Notes: generated from the letters alone by a model not told the origin. Shown: positions 1 through 10,165, numbered from the stretch's first letter. The stretch: DNA of 61,671 nt from an uncultured Opitutaceae bacterium (GCA_964640465.1 CAZXHR010000002.1:1-61671), one strand, 5' to 3'. A program made the numbers and translations.

Positions 1-90
1 GGGGCGGGTGGGGCGGAAGTGGTTGGCCTGGGAGAGGCGTGAGGTGAAAGGCGAGAGGCGGGAGGAATGGGTCGGATGGCGGGTCGGGAG

Positions 91-164
91 GTAGGAGCCT
101 GCTTGCAGGCGATTCCGGCGGCCGCAGCGGACCGAGCGCAGATCGCCTGCAAGCAGGCTCCTAC
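91..164. repeat. REPIN-like perfect inverted repeat: 23-bp arms (GTAGGAGCCTGCTTGCAGGCGAT) with a 28-nt spacer
   Basis: Arms 91-113 and 142-164 are exact reverse complements, read directly. The repeat lies 18 nt 3' of the metY stop and has no T-tract. Confidence 0.8.
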
Positions 165-181
165 AACGGACAGCGGAGATT

Positions 182-1459
182 TTAGGCGGCGGCGATGGCT
201 TGCGCGAAGTCGGCGATGAGGTCGCGCGGGTCCTCGATGCCGACGGAGACGCGGATGAGGTCGGGCGTGATGCCGGCGGCACGCTGCTGTGCCTCGTCGA
301 GCTGGGCGTGGGTGCTGGAGGCGGGATGGAGGACGGAGGTGCGGGCGTCGCCGATGTGCACGACGAGGGCGGCGACCTTGAGCGCCTTGGCGAAGCGGCC
401 GATGGCCTTGCGGTCCCCCTTGAGCCCGAAGGTGAGGATGCCGCTGCCGAGCGGGTGGTTGAAGTACTTCGCGATCCGCTTTTTCCCGACGTGGTCGAGT
501 CCGGGGTAGTTGACCCAGTTCACCTGCGGGTGCTTCTGGAGAAACTTGGCCAGGGCGAGGGCGTTCTCGCTGTGGCGGACCATGCGCAGGTGGAGCGTCT
601 CGAGGCCGAGGTTGAAGAGGAAGGCGTTGAGCGGGGCCATGCAGCCGCCGAAGTCGCGAAGGAACTGCGCGCGGGCCTTGTAGAGAAAGGGCGCCTGCGG
701 GAACTTCTCGGTGTAGACGACGCCGTTGTAGCTCGGGTCGGGCGTGTTGAAGTCGTGGAACTTCGGATCGGTCCAGTCGAAGTTGCCGCCGTCGACGACG
801 GCGCCGCCGATGCTGGTGGCGTGGCCGTCGATGTACTTCGAGGCGGAGTGGGTGACGATGTTGGCGCCGAGCCCGAAGGGGTTGCAGAGGAACGGCGAGG
901 CGAGGGTGTTGTCGACGATGAACGGGACGTTGAAGCGGCGCGCGAGCGCGGCGAGCTTGTCGAAGTCCAGGATGTTGAGACCGGGGTTGCCGATGGTCTC
1001 GCCGAAGAGCGCCTTGGTGTTCGGGCGGAAGAGCTTGGCGATCTCCTTGGCGGGCGCCTCGGGGTCGAAGAACGACGCCTCGATGCCGAACTTCGGCAGC
1101 GTGGAGTTCAACAGGGTGAACGTGCCGCCGTAGAGCGTGGAGGCGGCGACGATGTGGTCGCCGGCACGGGCGATGTTGGTGAGGGTGAGGAGATTCGCCG
1201 CCTGGCCGGAGGCGGTGGCGATGGTGCCGGCGCCGCCCTCCAGCGCGTTGAGCTTCGCCTCGAAACCGAAGACGGAGGGATTGCCCGTGCGGGTGTACTT
1301 GAAGCCGACCTCGCGCAGCGTCATCAGGCGGTTCACCTGCTCGATGTCGTCGTACTTGTAGGTCGTACTCTGGACGATGGGCAGGATGCGCGGCTCGCCG
1401 ACTTTTGGCGAGTAGCCGGCCTGGATGCACAGCGTGTCTTGGCTCAGTTTGGTGCTCAT
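182..1459 (-). CDS. metY: O-acetylhomoserine sulfhydrylase (Cys/Met-metabolism PLP enzyme)
   Basis: 425-aa ORF with the N-terminal DTLCIQAGY...PIVQSTTY pattern and the PLP-lysine motif HSASKYIDGH. Length is typical of the MetY/MetZ type. Confidence 0.85.
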   Translation of the reverse strand: MSTKLSQDTLCIQAGYSPKVGEPRILPIVQSTTYKYDDIEQVNRLMTLREVGFKYTRTGNPSVFGFEAKLNALEGGAGTIATASGQAANLLTLTNIARAGDHIVAASTLYGGTFTLLNSTLPKFGIEASFFDPEAPAKEIAKLFRPNTKALFGETIGNPGLNILDFDKLAALARRFNVPFIVDNTLASPFLCNPFGLGANIVTHSASKYIDGHATSIGGAVVDGGNFDWTDPKFHDFNTPDPSYNGVVYTEKFPQAPFLYKARAQFLRDFGGCMAPLNAFLFNLGLETLHLRMVRHSENALALAKFLQKHPQVNWVNYPGLDHVGKKRIAKYFNHPLGSGILTFGLKGDRKAIGRFAKALKVAALVVHIGDARTSVLHPASSTHAQLDEAQQRAAGITPDLIRVSVGIEDPRDLIADFAQAIAAA

Positions 1460-1486
1460 GGATGATTCCTTTGGTTGGGAGAGGGT

Positions 1487-2158
1487 TCAGCGGCGGCGCC
1501 GGTCGTGGCGGTGGGCGAGGCGGTCGCCGGCGACCTGGATCGCCTGGACGAGCGCGATGAGGATCGCGACGGTCACGATCAGGACGCCGGTCTCGTAGCG
1601 GTAGTAGCCGTAGTTGATCGCGAGAAAACCGATACCGCCGCCGCCGACCACGCCGGCCATCGCCGAGTAGCCGATGAGGCTGATGGCGGTGACGGTGAAG
1701 CCGCGGATCAGGCCGGGCAGCGCCTCGGGAAACAGGACTTCGCGGACGACGAGCCAGTGGGTGGCGCCGAGCGCGCGGGCGGCCTCGACGACCCCGCGGT
1801 CGACCTCGGAGAGGGAGACTTCGACGAGGCGCGCGTAGAAGGCGACGCAGGCGATGACCAGCGGGACGGAGGCGGCGACGGGGCCGGTGGTGTGGCCGGT
1901 GAGCAGCTTGGCCAGCGGCAGCACGAGGATCAGCAGGATCACGAACGGCAGCGAGCGCACGAGGTTGGTCGCGAAGCCGCCGAGGAGGTTGAGCGCGCGG
2001 TTTTCCAGGAGCATGCCGCGGCGGCTCAGGAAGAGCAGAAAGCCCAACGGCAGGCCGAGGAGCAGCGCGAGGCCGAGGCTAATCCCGCTCATCAGCGCGG
2101 TTTCCCACAGCGCCTTGGCGAGATCGGAAATGAGGACGTCGAGCGGTGTGCTACCCAT
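1487..2158 (-). CDS. metI: methionine ABC transporter permease
   Basis: Polytopic membrane protein similar to MetI. I chose the internal ATG at 2158 (MGSTPLDV...), which overlaps the metN stop by 8 nt; the ORF-track N-terminal extension is Arg/Ser-rich and looks non-coding. Confidence 0.8.
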   Translation of the reverse strand: MGSTPLDVLISDLAKALWETALMSGISLGLALLLGLPLGFLLFLSRRGMLLENRALNLLGGFATNLVRSLPFVILLILVLPLAKLLTGHTTGPVAASVPLVIACVAFYARLVEVSLSEVDRGVVEAARALGATHWLVVREVLFPEALPGLIRGFTVTAISLIGYSAMAGVVGGGGIGFLAINYGYYRYETGVLIVTVAILIALVQAIQVAGDRLAHRHDRRRR

Positions 2159-3161
2159 GACGGATGATCTCCAGTTGAGCGACCTTGAGTTCGAGGTGGT
2201 GGAGCGCGTCGGCGATGTGCCGGGAGTCGCCCTCAAGCGAGACGATGAGGATGCCGATGGGGCGGCCGGCGATGTATTCGATGCGACCGTGCAGGATGTT
2301 GAGGTGGATCTGGTGCTGGCGTGCGGTGGCGGCGATGATCGGCTCCTCGGCGGACTCGCCGCGGTAGACGAGGCGCACGAGCGTGCCCTTGGTCTGCTCC
2401 AGCAGGCGCGGCGGCAGGGTGAGATTGAGGGACTTCTCGATCAGCTCGCGGGTGAGCGCGTGCTGGGGCGTGGCGAAGACGTCGTAGGCGGCGTTCTCCT
2501 CGACGACCTCGCCCGCCTGCATGACGGCCACGCGGTGGCAGATGCGTTTGATGACGGCCATCTCGTGGGAGATGATGACGATGGTGATGCCGAGCCGGGC
2601 GTTGATGCCGGCGAGGAGGTCGAGGATCGACTCGGTGGTTTCGAGGTCGAGGGCGGAGGTCGGCTCGTCGCAGAGGAGCAGGGGCGGCTCGTTGGCGAGG
2701 GCGCGGGCGATGCCGACGCGCTGCTTCTGGCCGCCGGAGAGCTGGCCGGGAAAGGCGTGGCGCTTGTCGGAGAGCTCGACGAGATCGAGAAGCTGGGTGA
2801 CGCGCTCGCGAATCCGATCCTCGGATGCGCCGGCGGCGCGCAGCGGGAGGGCGATGTTGTCCTCGACGGTGCGGGAGTGCGCGAGGTTGAAGTGCTGGAA
2901 GACCATGCCCGTGCGCAGGCGGACGGCGCGCAGCGACTCGGTGTCGAGGCCGGTGATCTCGCGCTCGTCGATCCAGACCTGGCCGGAGGTCGGGCGCTCA
3001 AGGAGGTTGATGGTGCGCAGTAGCGTGCTCTTGCCGGCACCGCTGGTGCCGACGATGCCGTAGATCTCGCCGCGGGCGACGCTGAGCGAGACGCCGCGCA
3101 CGGCGTCGACGGTGTGGTCGCCGGCGGTGAAGCGCACGTGGATGTTCTTCAGTTCGAGCAT
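2151..3161 (-). CDS. metN: methionine ABC transporter ATP-binding protein
   Basis: Walker [10 protein letters not shown], signature LSGGQKQR, Walker [13 protein letters not shown], and a C-terminal NIL-like regulatory domain. Confidence 0.9.
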   Translation of the reverse strand: MLELKNIHVRFTAGDHTVDAVRGVSLSVARGEIYGIVGTSGAGKSTLLRTINLLERPTSGQVWIDEREITGLDTESLRAVRLRTGMVFQHFNLAHSRTVEDNIALPLRAAGASEDRIRERVTQLLDLVELSDKRHAFPGQLSGGQKQRVGIARALANEPPLLLCDEPTSALDLETTESILDLLAGINARLGITIVIISHEMAVIKRICHRVAVMQAGEVVEENAAYDVFATPQHALTRELIEKSLNLTLPPRLLEQTKGTLVRLVYRGESAEEPIIAATARQHQIHLNILHGRIEYIAGRPIGILIVSLEGDSRHIADALHHLELKVAQLEIIRHG

Positions 3162-3225
3162 GGAGAGGAGCGGACGGAGCGGAACGGAAGGCAGGGCGAG
3201 GCGTTCGCGGGAGAGCCGGGCTTGC

Positions 3226-3256
3226 GGCGGCTCACCGGGGACGGTTCGCCCTACCT
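3226..3256. repeat. GC-rich interspersed repeat with a CCCTACC head (REP-like), copy 1
   Basis: About 28 of 30 nt are identical to 53905-53935 (gcggctcaccgggg[a/c]cggttcgccct[a/g]cct). It shares the 12-mer ccctacctcgga with 11281-11292. It lies between metQ and metN. Confidence 0.6.
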
Positions 3257-3275
3257 CGGATGCGGAGTGGCGCGA

Positions 3276-4115
3276 TTACTTGGCGGCGGGCTTGCCCCAC
3301 TTCGCCTTGTACCACTCGGGCTTCTGGAAGCTGGAGAAGATGTTGGCGGGATTCTCCACGGCGTCGCGGAACGCCTCGGACTCGATGGCCGCCCTGGCGT
3401 CCTTGACCCACTGCTGGTCGACGTCGGCGGTGCGGACGGCCAGGGTGATCTTGATGGAGTCGTCGAGTTCCTCGAGCACGAGGGCGTCGGAGAGCTTCAG
3501 GCCGGCGGCGATGGCGAAGTTGCCGGAGGCGACGGCGAGGGTGGCGCTGCCGAGGGTGCGCGGGATCTGTGCGGCCTCGGTGGGGACGAACTTCAGGCCG
3601 CGCGGGTTCTCGGCGATGTCGCGATCGGTGACCTTGGTCGGGTCGATCTCGGGCTTGAGCTTCACCAGCCCGACCTTCTGGAGGAAGCGCAGGGCGCGGG
3701 CCAGGTTGGTGGGATCGAGCGGGAGCGTGACCTCGTCGCCCTTCTTGAGCTGGTCGAACGACTTCACCTTCTCGGAGTAGATGCCGAGGCTGGCGGTCGG
3801 GATGAGGATGGTGGGCGAGAGCTGGAGGTTGTGGTCCTTCGAGAACTTGGCGAGGTAGAGGCCGTGCTGGAAGAGGTTTGCCTCGGTCTCGCCGTTGGCG
3901 AGGGCGAGGTTGGGCTGGACCCAGTCCTGGAAGGTGACCAGCTCGACCTTGTAGCCCTTCTTTTCGAGGGAAGGCTTGATGGCCTTGGTGATGAGGTCGC
4001 CGTAGGGTCCGGGGCTGACGCCGAAGCGGATGAGCTTGGCGTCGGCGGCGGAGAGGCCGGCGGCGAACGTTGCGGAGAGGGCGAGGAGTGCGAGAACTTT
4101 GGATGCTGTTTTCAT
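3276..4115 (-). CDS. metQ: methionine-binding lipoprotein (MetQ/NlpA family)
   Basis: Start reset to the ATG at 4115 (MKTASKVLALLALSATFAAG..., a signal peptide). Similar to MetQ throughout and adjacent to metNI. Confidence 0.85.
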   Translation of the reverse strand: MKTASKVLALLALSATFAAGLSAADAKLIRFGVSPGPYGDLITKAIKPSLEKKGYKVELVTFQDWVQPNLALANGETEANLFQHGLYLAKFSKDHNLQLSPTILIPTASLGIYSEKVKSFDQLKKGDEVTLPLDPTNLARALRFLQKVGLVKLKPEIDPTKVTDRDIAENPRGLKFVPTEAAQIPRTLGSATLAVASGNFAIAAGLKLSDALVLEELDDSIKITLAVRTADVDQQWVKDARAAIESEAFRDAVENPANIFSSFQKPEWYKAKWGKPAAK

Positions 4116-4224
4116 TTTCGATTTCTTGTTCCGGGGCGCGTCGGGCGACGGCGGACCGTGGTGGCGGCCGTCGGGAAGCGCGGAGCTGCGAGACGTTCGC
4201 CGGGCTCCGCGGGTGCGCGCGGCT

Positions 4225-5262
4225 TCAGTTGCGGGCGTTGAACTGCGCGAGCTTGGCCTTCCAGTAGGAGTCGCCGGGTTGCGCGGAGAGGAGGGAGTCG
4301 AGGGCCGCCTTGAACGGCGTGGTGTCGATGTCGCGGCGGATGTCGCGGTCGGATTGGACGAAGGCGCTTTGGCGGAGCGCATCCCAGAACTGGACGATGC
4401 CAGCGACGTTGGGATCGCTGCTGAACTCGGTGTTGCCGCCCTCGATGACCTCGGCGACGAGCTTGCGGTCGATCTTGAGCGCGGCGGTGACGAGGTCGAC
4501 GGACTCGGCGCGGTGCTCCTCGAGGAAGCGCTCGGCGCGGAGGATGGCCTTCAGGTAGGAGCCCCAGACCTGCGGGCGCTTGGCGAGGTCCTCGGCGAGG
4601 ACGGCGATGCGGCAGCACGGGTGGCCGGGCGAGAGCTTGCCGGTGCGCACGAGGACCTTGAGGCCGTACTCCTCGGCCTTGGTGTCGAAGGGCGCCCAGA
4701 CGACGCCGGCGTCGATCTCGCCGGAGCGCACGGCCTCGACGACGGCGGCCGGGCTCTTCAGCTCGAAAACCTGGATATCGGTGCGCCAGTCGATGCCGGC
4801 CTTGAACAGTTCGGAGCGCACGACGGCGTCGCTGGAGGAGAGGCGGACGGTGCCGACCTTCAGGCCCTTGAGGCCTTTCAGGTCGGAGACCTTGGCGGCG
4901 GTCTCGGCGCGGACGACGACGGCGGAGCCCTCGCCGCCGAGGCCGCCGATGATGCGGAGATTCTCGGCGCCCTTGGCGATGTGCACCAGCGGAGCGGTGA
5001 CGCCGACGGAGCCGGCGTCGTTCTTGCCGCCGCGCAGGGCGGCGATGCCGTCGGCGCTGTTGGCGAACTCGACGAGTTCGACGTCGAGGCCCTCCTCGGC
5101 GAAGAAGCCCTTGTCGCGGGCGATGACGAGTTTGGAGTGCTCGGGCACCGGGATGATGCCGACTTTCAGGTGGACCTTCTCCGCCGACTGGGCGGGGAGG
5201 AAGGCCGGCGCGGCGAGCGCGGCGGCGAGGAATAGGCGGGCGAGCGTGCGGGATGTTTTCAT
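4225..5262 (-). CDS. ABC substrate-binding protein, NMT1/THI5-like (NitT/TauT family), paralog 2
   Basis: Start reset to the ATG at 5262 (MKTSRTLARLFLAAALAAPAFL, a signal peptide). Paralogous to 14340-15410 and shares the HPCCR motif with it. Confidence 0.75.
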   Translation of the reverse strand: MKTSRTLARLFLAAALAAPAFLPAQSAEKVHLKVGIIPVPEHSKLVIARDKGFFAEEGLDVELVEFANSADGIAALRGGKNDAGSVGVTAPLVHIAKGAENLRIIGGLGGEGSAVVVRAETAAKVSDLKGLKGLKVGTVRLSSSDAVVRSELFKAGIDWRTDIQVFELKSPAAVVEAVRSGEIDAGVVWAPFDTKAEEYGLKVLVRTGKLSPGHPCCRIAVLAEDLAKRPQVWGSYLKAILRAERFLEEHRAESVDLVTAALKIDRKLVAEVIEGGNTEFSSDPNVAGIVQFWDALRQSAFVQSDRDIRRDIDTTPFKAALDSLLSAQPGDSYWKAKLAQFNARN

Positions 5263-5305
5263 GGAAACGATGGCGTGGCGGTGAGGTGGGCGGAGTGTGG
5301 GACGT

Positions 5306-6448
5306 TCAGGCTTGGAGGGCTTGGCGGAGATCGGCCTCGAGGTCGTCGGCGGCTTCGAGTCCGACGGAGAGGCGGATGAGGTTGTCGTGGATGCCACGGC
5401 GGGCGCGTTCCTCGGGGGAGATGGAGGCGTGGGTCATCCGCGGCGGGTAGCAGAGCAGCGACTCCACGCCGCCTAGACTCTCGGCGAGGACGAAGAGCTT
5501 GAGCTTGGCGACGAGGCGCTCGACGGCGGGGAAGCCGCCCTTGATCTGGAGGCTGATCATGCCGCCGAAACCGCGCATCTGGCGCTTGGCCAGCGCGTGC
5601 TGGGGATGGCTCGACAGGCCGGGGTAGTAGACGCGTTCGACGGCCGGGTGCGCTTCGAGGAAACGGGCGAGGCGCAGCGCGGTGGTTTGCTGCTCTTCGA
5701 TGCGGACCTTGAGCGTCTTGATGCCGCGGAGGACGAGCCAGGAGTCCCACGGGCCGGGGACGGCGCCGGCGGCGTTCTGGTAGAACTTGATCGGGTCGTA
5801 GAGATCGCGCTCGGAGGTGACGAGGGCGCCGCCGACGACATCGCTGTGCCCGCCGAGGTACTTCGTGGTGCTGTGGACGACGACGTGCGCGCCGAGCTCC
5901 AGCGGACGCTGGAGGTAGGGGCTGGCGAAGGTGTTGTCGACGACGAGGAGCAGGCCGCGGCGGTGGGCGAGCGCGCCCAGTGCGGCGATGTCGACGAGCT
6001 TGAGCAGGGGGTTCGTCGGCGACTCGACCCAGATGAGCGCGGTCTTCGGGCCGATGGCGGCCTCGACGGCGGCGGTGTCGCTGGCATCCACATAGCGGAT
6101 GTCGACGCCCCACGGGCGGAGGATCTTCTCGAAGATGCGGTAGGTGCCGCCGTAGGTGTCGTCGCTGGCGAGGATCTGGTCGCCGGGTTTGACGAGCTGG
6201 AGGGCGGCGGTGGTGGCGGCGTTGCCGGAGCCGAAGGCGAGGCCGTACTTGCCGCCTTCGAGCAGGGCGAGCGCAGCCTCGAGCGCCTGGCGCGTCGGGT
6301 TGCCGGAGCGCGAATACTCGAAGCCCTCGCGGAACTTGCCGATGGCGTCCTGCTGGAAGGTGGAGGTCTGGTAGATCGGCACGCTCACCGCGCCGGTGCG
6401 GGGATCGGGCGCCTGACCGTCGTGGATGGCGAGAGTTTCAAATTTCAT
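5306..6448 (-). CDS. cystathionine gamma-lyase/gamma-synthase family PLP enzyme
   Basis: 380 aa with the PLP-lysine motif HSTTKYLGGHSD. Overlaps the CBS gene by 11 nt, a context that favours the gamma-lyase role in reverse transsulfuration. Confidence 0.8.
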   Translation of the reverse strand: MKFETLAIHDGQAPDPRTGAVSVPIYQTSTFQQDAIGKFREGFEYSRSGNPTRQALEAALALLEGGKYGLAFGSGNAATTAALQLVKPGDQILASDDTYGGTYRIFEKILRPWGVDIRYVDASDTAAVEAAIGPKTALIWVESPTNPLLKLVDIAALGALAHRRGLLLVVDNTFASPYLQRPLELGAHVVVHSTTKYLGGHSDVVGGALVTSERDLYDPIKFYQNAAGAVPGPWDSWLVLRGIKTLKVRIEEQQTTALRLARFLEAHPAVERVYYPGLSSHPQHALAKRQMRGFGGMISLQIKGGFPAVERLVAKLKLFVLAESLGGVESLLCYPPRMTHASISPEERARRGIHDNLIRLSVGLEAADDLEADLRQALQA

Positions 6449-7805
6449 AGGAGTCGCGGTGGCTGAAGGTGGTGATGAGGTCGAAGCGGCTGACGAGGCC
6501 GAGCGGGCGGCCGGCGCGGGTGACGACGAGGGCGGGCGAGCCGCCGAGGAGGATGCGGTAGGCCTCGGCGAGGTCGGTGGACTCGTCGAGGGACGGCAGC
6601 GGTTTTCCCATGACAGCGCGGATCTCCTGGTTCTGGAGGTCGACGCCGTCGTGCAGCGCCTTCATGAGCGTGGCCTCGTTGAGGCTGCCGACGACGCGCC
6701 GGTCCTCGACGACGGGGAGCTGCGAGATGTTGTGCTCCTGGAAGAGCTGGATGGCGGAGCGCAACCGATCCTGCGGGCGCACGGCGATGAGCTGCGGCAG
6801 CGCCGACTTCTCGGCGAGGACGCGGCCGAGCGGGATGGGCCGGGCGGCGCGCTCCTGCCAGAAGCCGTTCTGCTGCATCCACTCGTCGGAGTAGAGTTTG
6901 CTGAGGTAGTTGCGGCCGGTGTCGGGGAGGATGACGACGATCTCGCGCGGCTCGGCGAGGCGCTGGGCGAACTTGAGCGCGGCGGCCAGCGCGGTGCCGG
7001 CGGAGCCGCCGGCGAGGATGCCCTCCTCGCGGGCGAGGCGGCGCGCGGTATTGAAGGAGTCCTTGTCGCTCACGCGCACCATCTCGTCGACGAGCTGGCG
7101 GTTGAACGTCTTCGGGATGAAGTCCTCGCCGATGCCCTCGACCTTGTAGGAGCGCGGCGAGTCGCCGGAGAGGATGGAGCCCTCGGGGTCGGCGCCGACG
7201 ACGACGATGTTCGGGTTCCTCTCCTTCAGGTAGCGCGCGGTTCCGGAGATGGTGCCGCCGGTGCCCATGCCCGCGACGAGCACGCCGACGCGGCCCTCGG
7301 TGTCCTCCCAGATCTCGGGTCCGGTGGAGCGGTAGTGGGCGAGCGGATTGTTCGGGTTGGTGAACTGGTCGGGGCGGAACGCGCCGGGAATCTCGCGTGC
7401 GAGCCGGTCGGCGACGCCGTTGTAACTCTCGGGCGAGTCGGGCGCGACGTTGGTGGCGGTGACGACGACCTCGGCGCCGTAGGCGCGCAGGAGGGCGATC
7501 TTCTCGCCGCTCATCTTGTCGGGCAGGACGACGATGAGGCGGTAGCCCTTCACGGCGGCGGCGAGGGCGAGGCCGACGCCGGTGTTGCCGGCGGTGGCCT
7601 CGACGATGGTGCCGCCGGGCTTGAGCAGGCCGGCCTTCTCGGCCTCCTCGATCATGAGGAGACCGACGCGGTCCTTGACGCTGCCGCCCGGGTTGAGGGA
7701 CTCGACCTTGGCGTAGATGGGCGAGGCGAGGCCGGCGCCGAGGCGTTCGAGGCGGACGAGCGGCGTGCGGCCGACGGCCTGGAGGATGTTGGAATAGCGA
7801 GCCAT
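6438..7805 (-). CDS. cystathionine beta-synthase (CysK-like PLP domain plus a C-terminal CBS-domain pair)
   Basis: 455 aa with the PGGSVKDR PLP motif, followed by a tandem CBS-domain region (ISQLPVVEDRRVVG...). Confidence 0.85.
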   Translation of the reverse strand: MARYSNILQAVGRTPLVRLERLGAGLASPIYAKVESLNPGGSVKDRVGLLMIEEAEKAGLLKPGGTIVEATAGNTGVGLALAAAVKGYRLIVVLPDKMSGEKIALLRAYGAEVVVTATNVAPDSPESYNGVADRLAREIPGAFRPDQFTNPNNPLAHYRSTGPEIWEDTEGRVGVLVAGMGTGGTISGTARYLKERNPNIVVVGADPEGSILSGDSPRSYKVEGIGEDFIPKTFNRQLVDEMVRVSDKDSFNTARRLAREEGILAGGSAGTALAAALKFAQRLAEPREIVVILPDTGRNYLSKLYSDEWMQQNGFWQERAARPIPLGRVLAEKSALPQLIAVRPQDRLRSAIQLFQEHNISQLPVVEDRRVVGSLNEATLMKALHDGVDLQNQEIRAVMGKPLPSLDESTDLAEAYRILLGGSPALVVTRAGRPLGLVSRFDLITTFSHRDSYEI

Positions 7806-7836
7806 GCGAATGGTGTCGTTGAAGGTTGGAGCTCGA

Positions 7837-8493
7837 TCAGAGCTTGGAGGCGGGATTGAGCAGGCGCTGGTAGTAGAAGCCGCTGGTGTAGAGGGCGGCG
7901 GCGGGGTTGTGGCCGGTCACCCGGTCCTTGGTGATGAGCGTGGTGACGGGCGCGGCGGAGTGGCGGATGAAGAGCGAGTCGTGGCCGACGCAGAGGCCGA
8001 CGATGACGTTGAGGTCGGTCTTCTCGCGGTTGAGCAGCTCGGCCTGGAGGACCGGGTTGCAGATGGCCTCGTAGGAGCCCTTCTTGACCTTGAGCGAATC
8101 GGGGATGCCGACGTCGCACTTGTCGACGGAGCCGACCTTGCAGAGCACGGCGTACGACTCGAGCCCGTGGGCCTTGAGGATGCGCGTGAAGATGCGCGTC
8201 TCCTCGATGAGGCCGATACAGGTGGCGATCCCGATACGTTTCGCGCCGATGCGGTTGGCGAAGGCGACGATCTCCTCGACGCGGGTGAGCTTGCCGTAGT
8301 AGGTGCCCTCGACCTCGGCGGCGGCGTGCGCCATCCGGGCCTCGAGCTCGTCGCCGCGGTAGACGGCGGCGGTCTGCTCGACTAGGGCACGGTCGGCGCG
8401 CTCGGTGAGGCAGAAGTCGGGGAAGCGCTTGTCGCGGCGGTAGCAGTTAAGCAGGCCGCACTGGGCGCAGGATTGGGAGAGTTCGGCGGTCAT
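7837..8493 (-). CDS. DUF1847-like Cys-rich metal-binding protein
   Basis: Start reset to the ATG at 8493, forming an ATGA overlap with the upstream stop. The N-terminus is CAQCGLLNCYRRDKRFPDFC. I recall this family from corrinoid methyltransferase neighbourhoods. Confidence 0.6.
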   Translation of the reverse strand: MTAELSQSCAQCGLLNCYRRDKRFPDFCLTERADRALVEQTAAVYRGDELEARMAHAAAEVEGTYYGKLTRVEEIVAFANRIGAKRIGIATCIGLIEETRIFTRILKAHGLESYAVLCKVGSVDKCDVGIPDSLKVKKGSYEAICNPVLQAELLNREKTDLNVIVGLCVGHDSLFIRHSAAPVTTLITKDRVTGHNPAAALYTSGFYYQRLLNPASKL

Positions 8494-10160
8494 GAGGCGA
8501 AGGCGAGGGCGTCGACGAACGTGCGCTGGAACGCGGCGTCGTTGGCGAGTTCGAGCACCTGGACACCGGTGACAGTGCGGCCGAGGTGCTCGCGGGTGTG
8601 GCGGTTGAGGAGGAAGGCGCGAGCGCCGGACTTGGAGGTGTTGCCGACGAACTCGACGCGGTCGGCGAACTCGCGCGGGAGCAGCCCGAGGTGGATCAGG
8701 CTGGCGGTGCGCAGGTGGAAGCCGAACGAGCCGGCGATGAGCACGCGGTCGACCTGGGCGGCGGTGCGGCCGACGGCGGCGAGGAGCGACTCGATGCCGG
8801 TGCGCACAGCGGCCTTGGCGAGCTGCACCTGGCGGATGTCCTTCTGCGAGAGGTAGACGGTGTCGGTGAGCCGGAAGACGGGCTTGCCGTCGAGCGTGCC
8901 GAGACGGTCCTTCCACGGGCGGTCGGGCGCGGCGCCGTTGGTGCGGAAACGGCCGTTCTTGTCGACGGCGCCGTGTGCGGCGAACTCGGCGACGGCGTCG
9001 AGCAGGCCGCTGCCGCAGACGCCGGTGGGTGCGGTCTCGCCGATGGTGCGCAGCTCGACGGAGTCGCCCGCGAGCGAGACGAACTCGATGGCGCCGCGGC
9101 CGGCGCGCATGCCGCAGGCGATGTTCATGCCCTCGAAGGCCGGGCCGGCGGCAGTCGAGGTGGCGACGAGCTTGCCGTCGGCGGCGAGGACCATTTCGCC
9201 GTTGGTGCCGATGTCGACGAAGAGGGTGACGCCGCGCAGCGCGGCGAGATCCGTGGCTAGGATACCGGAGGTGATGTCGGCGCCGACGTAGGCGGACATG
9301 ATCGGCGGCAGGTAGACCTGGCCGCCCGGGGCGAGCTCGAGGCCGATGGAGGCGGCGTCGACGCTTTCGTCGCCGCGCAGCCTGGGCGTGTACGGGTACT
9401 TGCCCAGCGAGGCCGGGTCGGTGCCGGTCGCGAGGTGGATCATCGTGGTGTTGCCGCTGAAGATCGCCTCGTAGATGTGGGCGCGGTCGATCCGCGCCTC
9501 GGCGGCGGCCTCCGCGACGAGGCGGTTCAACTCGGCGATCACCTCGGTGTGGAGCGTGCGCAGGCCCTCGGGCGTGGAGCCGAGCTTGATGCGGGAGAGG
9601 ACGTCCTGGGCGTGGCGCGCCTGCGGGTTGAGCGCGGAGGCGTGGGCGAGTTCGCGGCCGTCGCGCAGGTCGACGAGGGCGACGACCATGGTGGTCGTGC
9701 CGATGTCAATAGCGGCGCCGTAGAGGGCGGCGGTGGTGTCGCCGGATTCCGAGGCCACGATCCGGCCGCCGGCGATGACGGCGGTGCGGTTGGAAACGGG
9801 ATCGAACGACTTCTCGAACCAAGGCGCGATGTCGACGGCGACGGTCTGGCCCTCGCGCAGGATCTTCAGCCCCTCGTCCTTCTTGAGCGGGACTTCGACG
9901 GCGAGGTCGCCGTGGACGAAGGTCTGGCAGGCGAGGGACCAGCCGGCGGCGCGGTCGGCCTCGGCGATCTTGTTGTGCGGGGACTCGACGGCGTGGGCGC
10001 GGGTGGCGGCGTCGAGCCGCACGCGGCATTTGCCGCAGGTGCCGGCGCCGTTGCAGGGCAGGTCGAAGCGGATACCGGCGCTCCTGATCGCGGCGAGCAG
10101 GGAGCGGCGCTCGGGGACCTCGACGGTGAGGTTCTGGAGGATGAAATGGACCTTGGGCAT
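8490..10160 (-). CDS. reductive activator of corrinoid enzymes (RACE/RACo-like: N-terminal 2Fe-2S ferredoxin plus an ASKHA ATPase domain)
   Basis: 556 aa. The N-terminus has the plant-type ferredoxin Cys pattern LPCNGAGTCGKCRV...ACQT. The remainder is an actin-like ATPase region (DIGTTT..., DIGTNGE). Confidence 0.8.
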   Translation of the reverse strand: MPKVHFILQNLTVEVPERRSLLAAIRSAGIRFDLPCNGAGTCGKCRVRLDAATRAHAVESPHNKIAEADRAAGWSLACQTFVHGDLAVEVPLKKDEGLKILREGQTVAVDIAPWFEKSFDPVSNRTAVIAGGRIVASESGDTTAALYGAAIDIGTTTMVVALVDLRDGRELAHASALNPQARHAQDVLSRIKLGSTPEGLRTLHTEVIAELNRLVAEAAAEARIDRAHIYEAIFSGNTTMIHLATGTDPASLGKYPYTPRLRGDESVDAASIGLELAPGGQVYLPPIMSAYVGADITSGILATDLAALRGVTLFVDIGTNGEMVLAADGKLVATSTAAGPAFEGMNIACGMRAGRGAIEFVSLAGDSVELRTIGETAPTGVCGSGLLDAVAEFAAHGAVDKNGRFRTNGAAPDRPWKDRLGTLDGKPVFRLTDTVYLSQKDIRQVQLAKAAVRTGIESLLAAVGRTAAQVDRVLIAGSFGFHLRTASLIHLGLLPREFADRVEFVGNTSKSGARAFLLNRHTREHLGRTVTGVQVLELANDAAFQRTFVDALAFAS

Positions 10161-10165
10161 GGCGG

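Noticed and set aside
200-1465. Long plus-strand ORF (421 aa) antisense to metY. Similar long ORFs occur throughout, for example 6426-7859, 8586-9260, 12465-14432, 17651-19150, 28195-29718, 34968-37067, 39886-41016, 41219-42874, 52258-53853, 55900-57288, 57839-59617 and 59284-61500.
   Set aside because: These are typical high-GC shadow ORFs. Their translations are low-complexity and rich in Gly/Ala/Arg/Asp/Glu with no recognisable domains. Each lies opposite a gene with clear family motifs.
3162-4224. SAM or cobalamin riboswitches in the leaders of metN, metQ and the second binding-protein gene, and likewise in 19091-19240.
   Set aside because: I could not recognise the conserved cores (the SAM-I four-way junction motifs or the B12 box) by eye. 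The spacers instead contain REP-like repeats. I make no claim here; a covariance-model scan is needed.
3276-4382. N-terminally extended ORF-track versions of several genes, including metQ, both binding proteins, the ABC ATPase, DUF1847, htpG, parB, fmt, aspS and the aminotransferase.
   Set aside because: The extensions are Arg/Pro/Ser-rich with no signal-peptide logic. Internal ATG or GTG codons give canonical N-termini (signal peptides or conserved first motifs) and sensible operon spacing, so the starts were reset.
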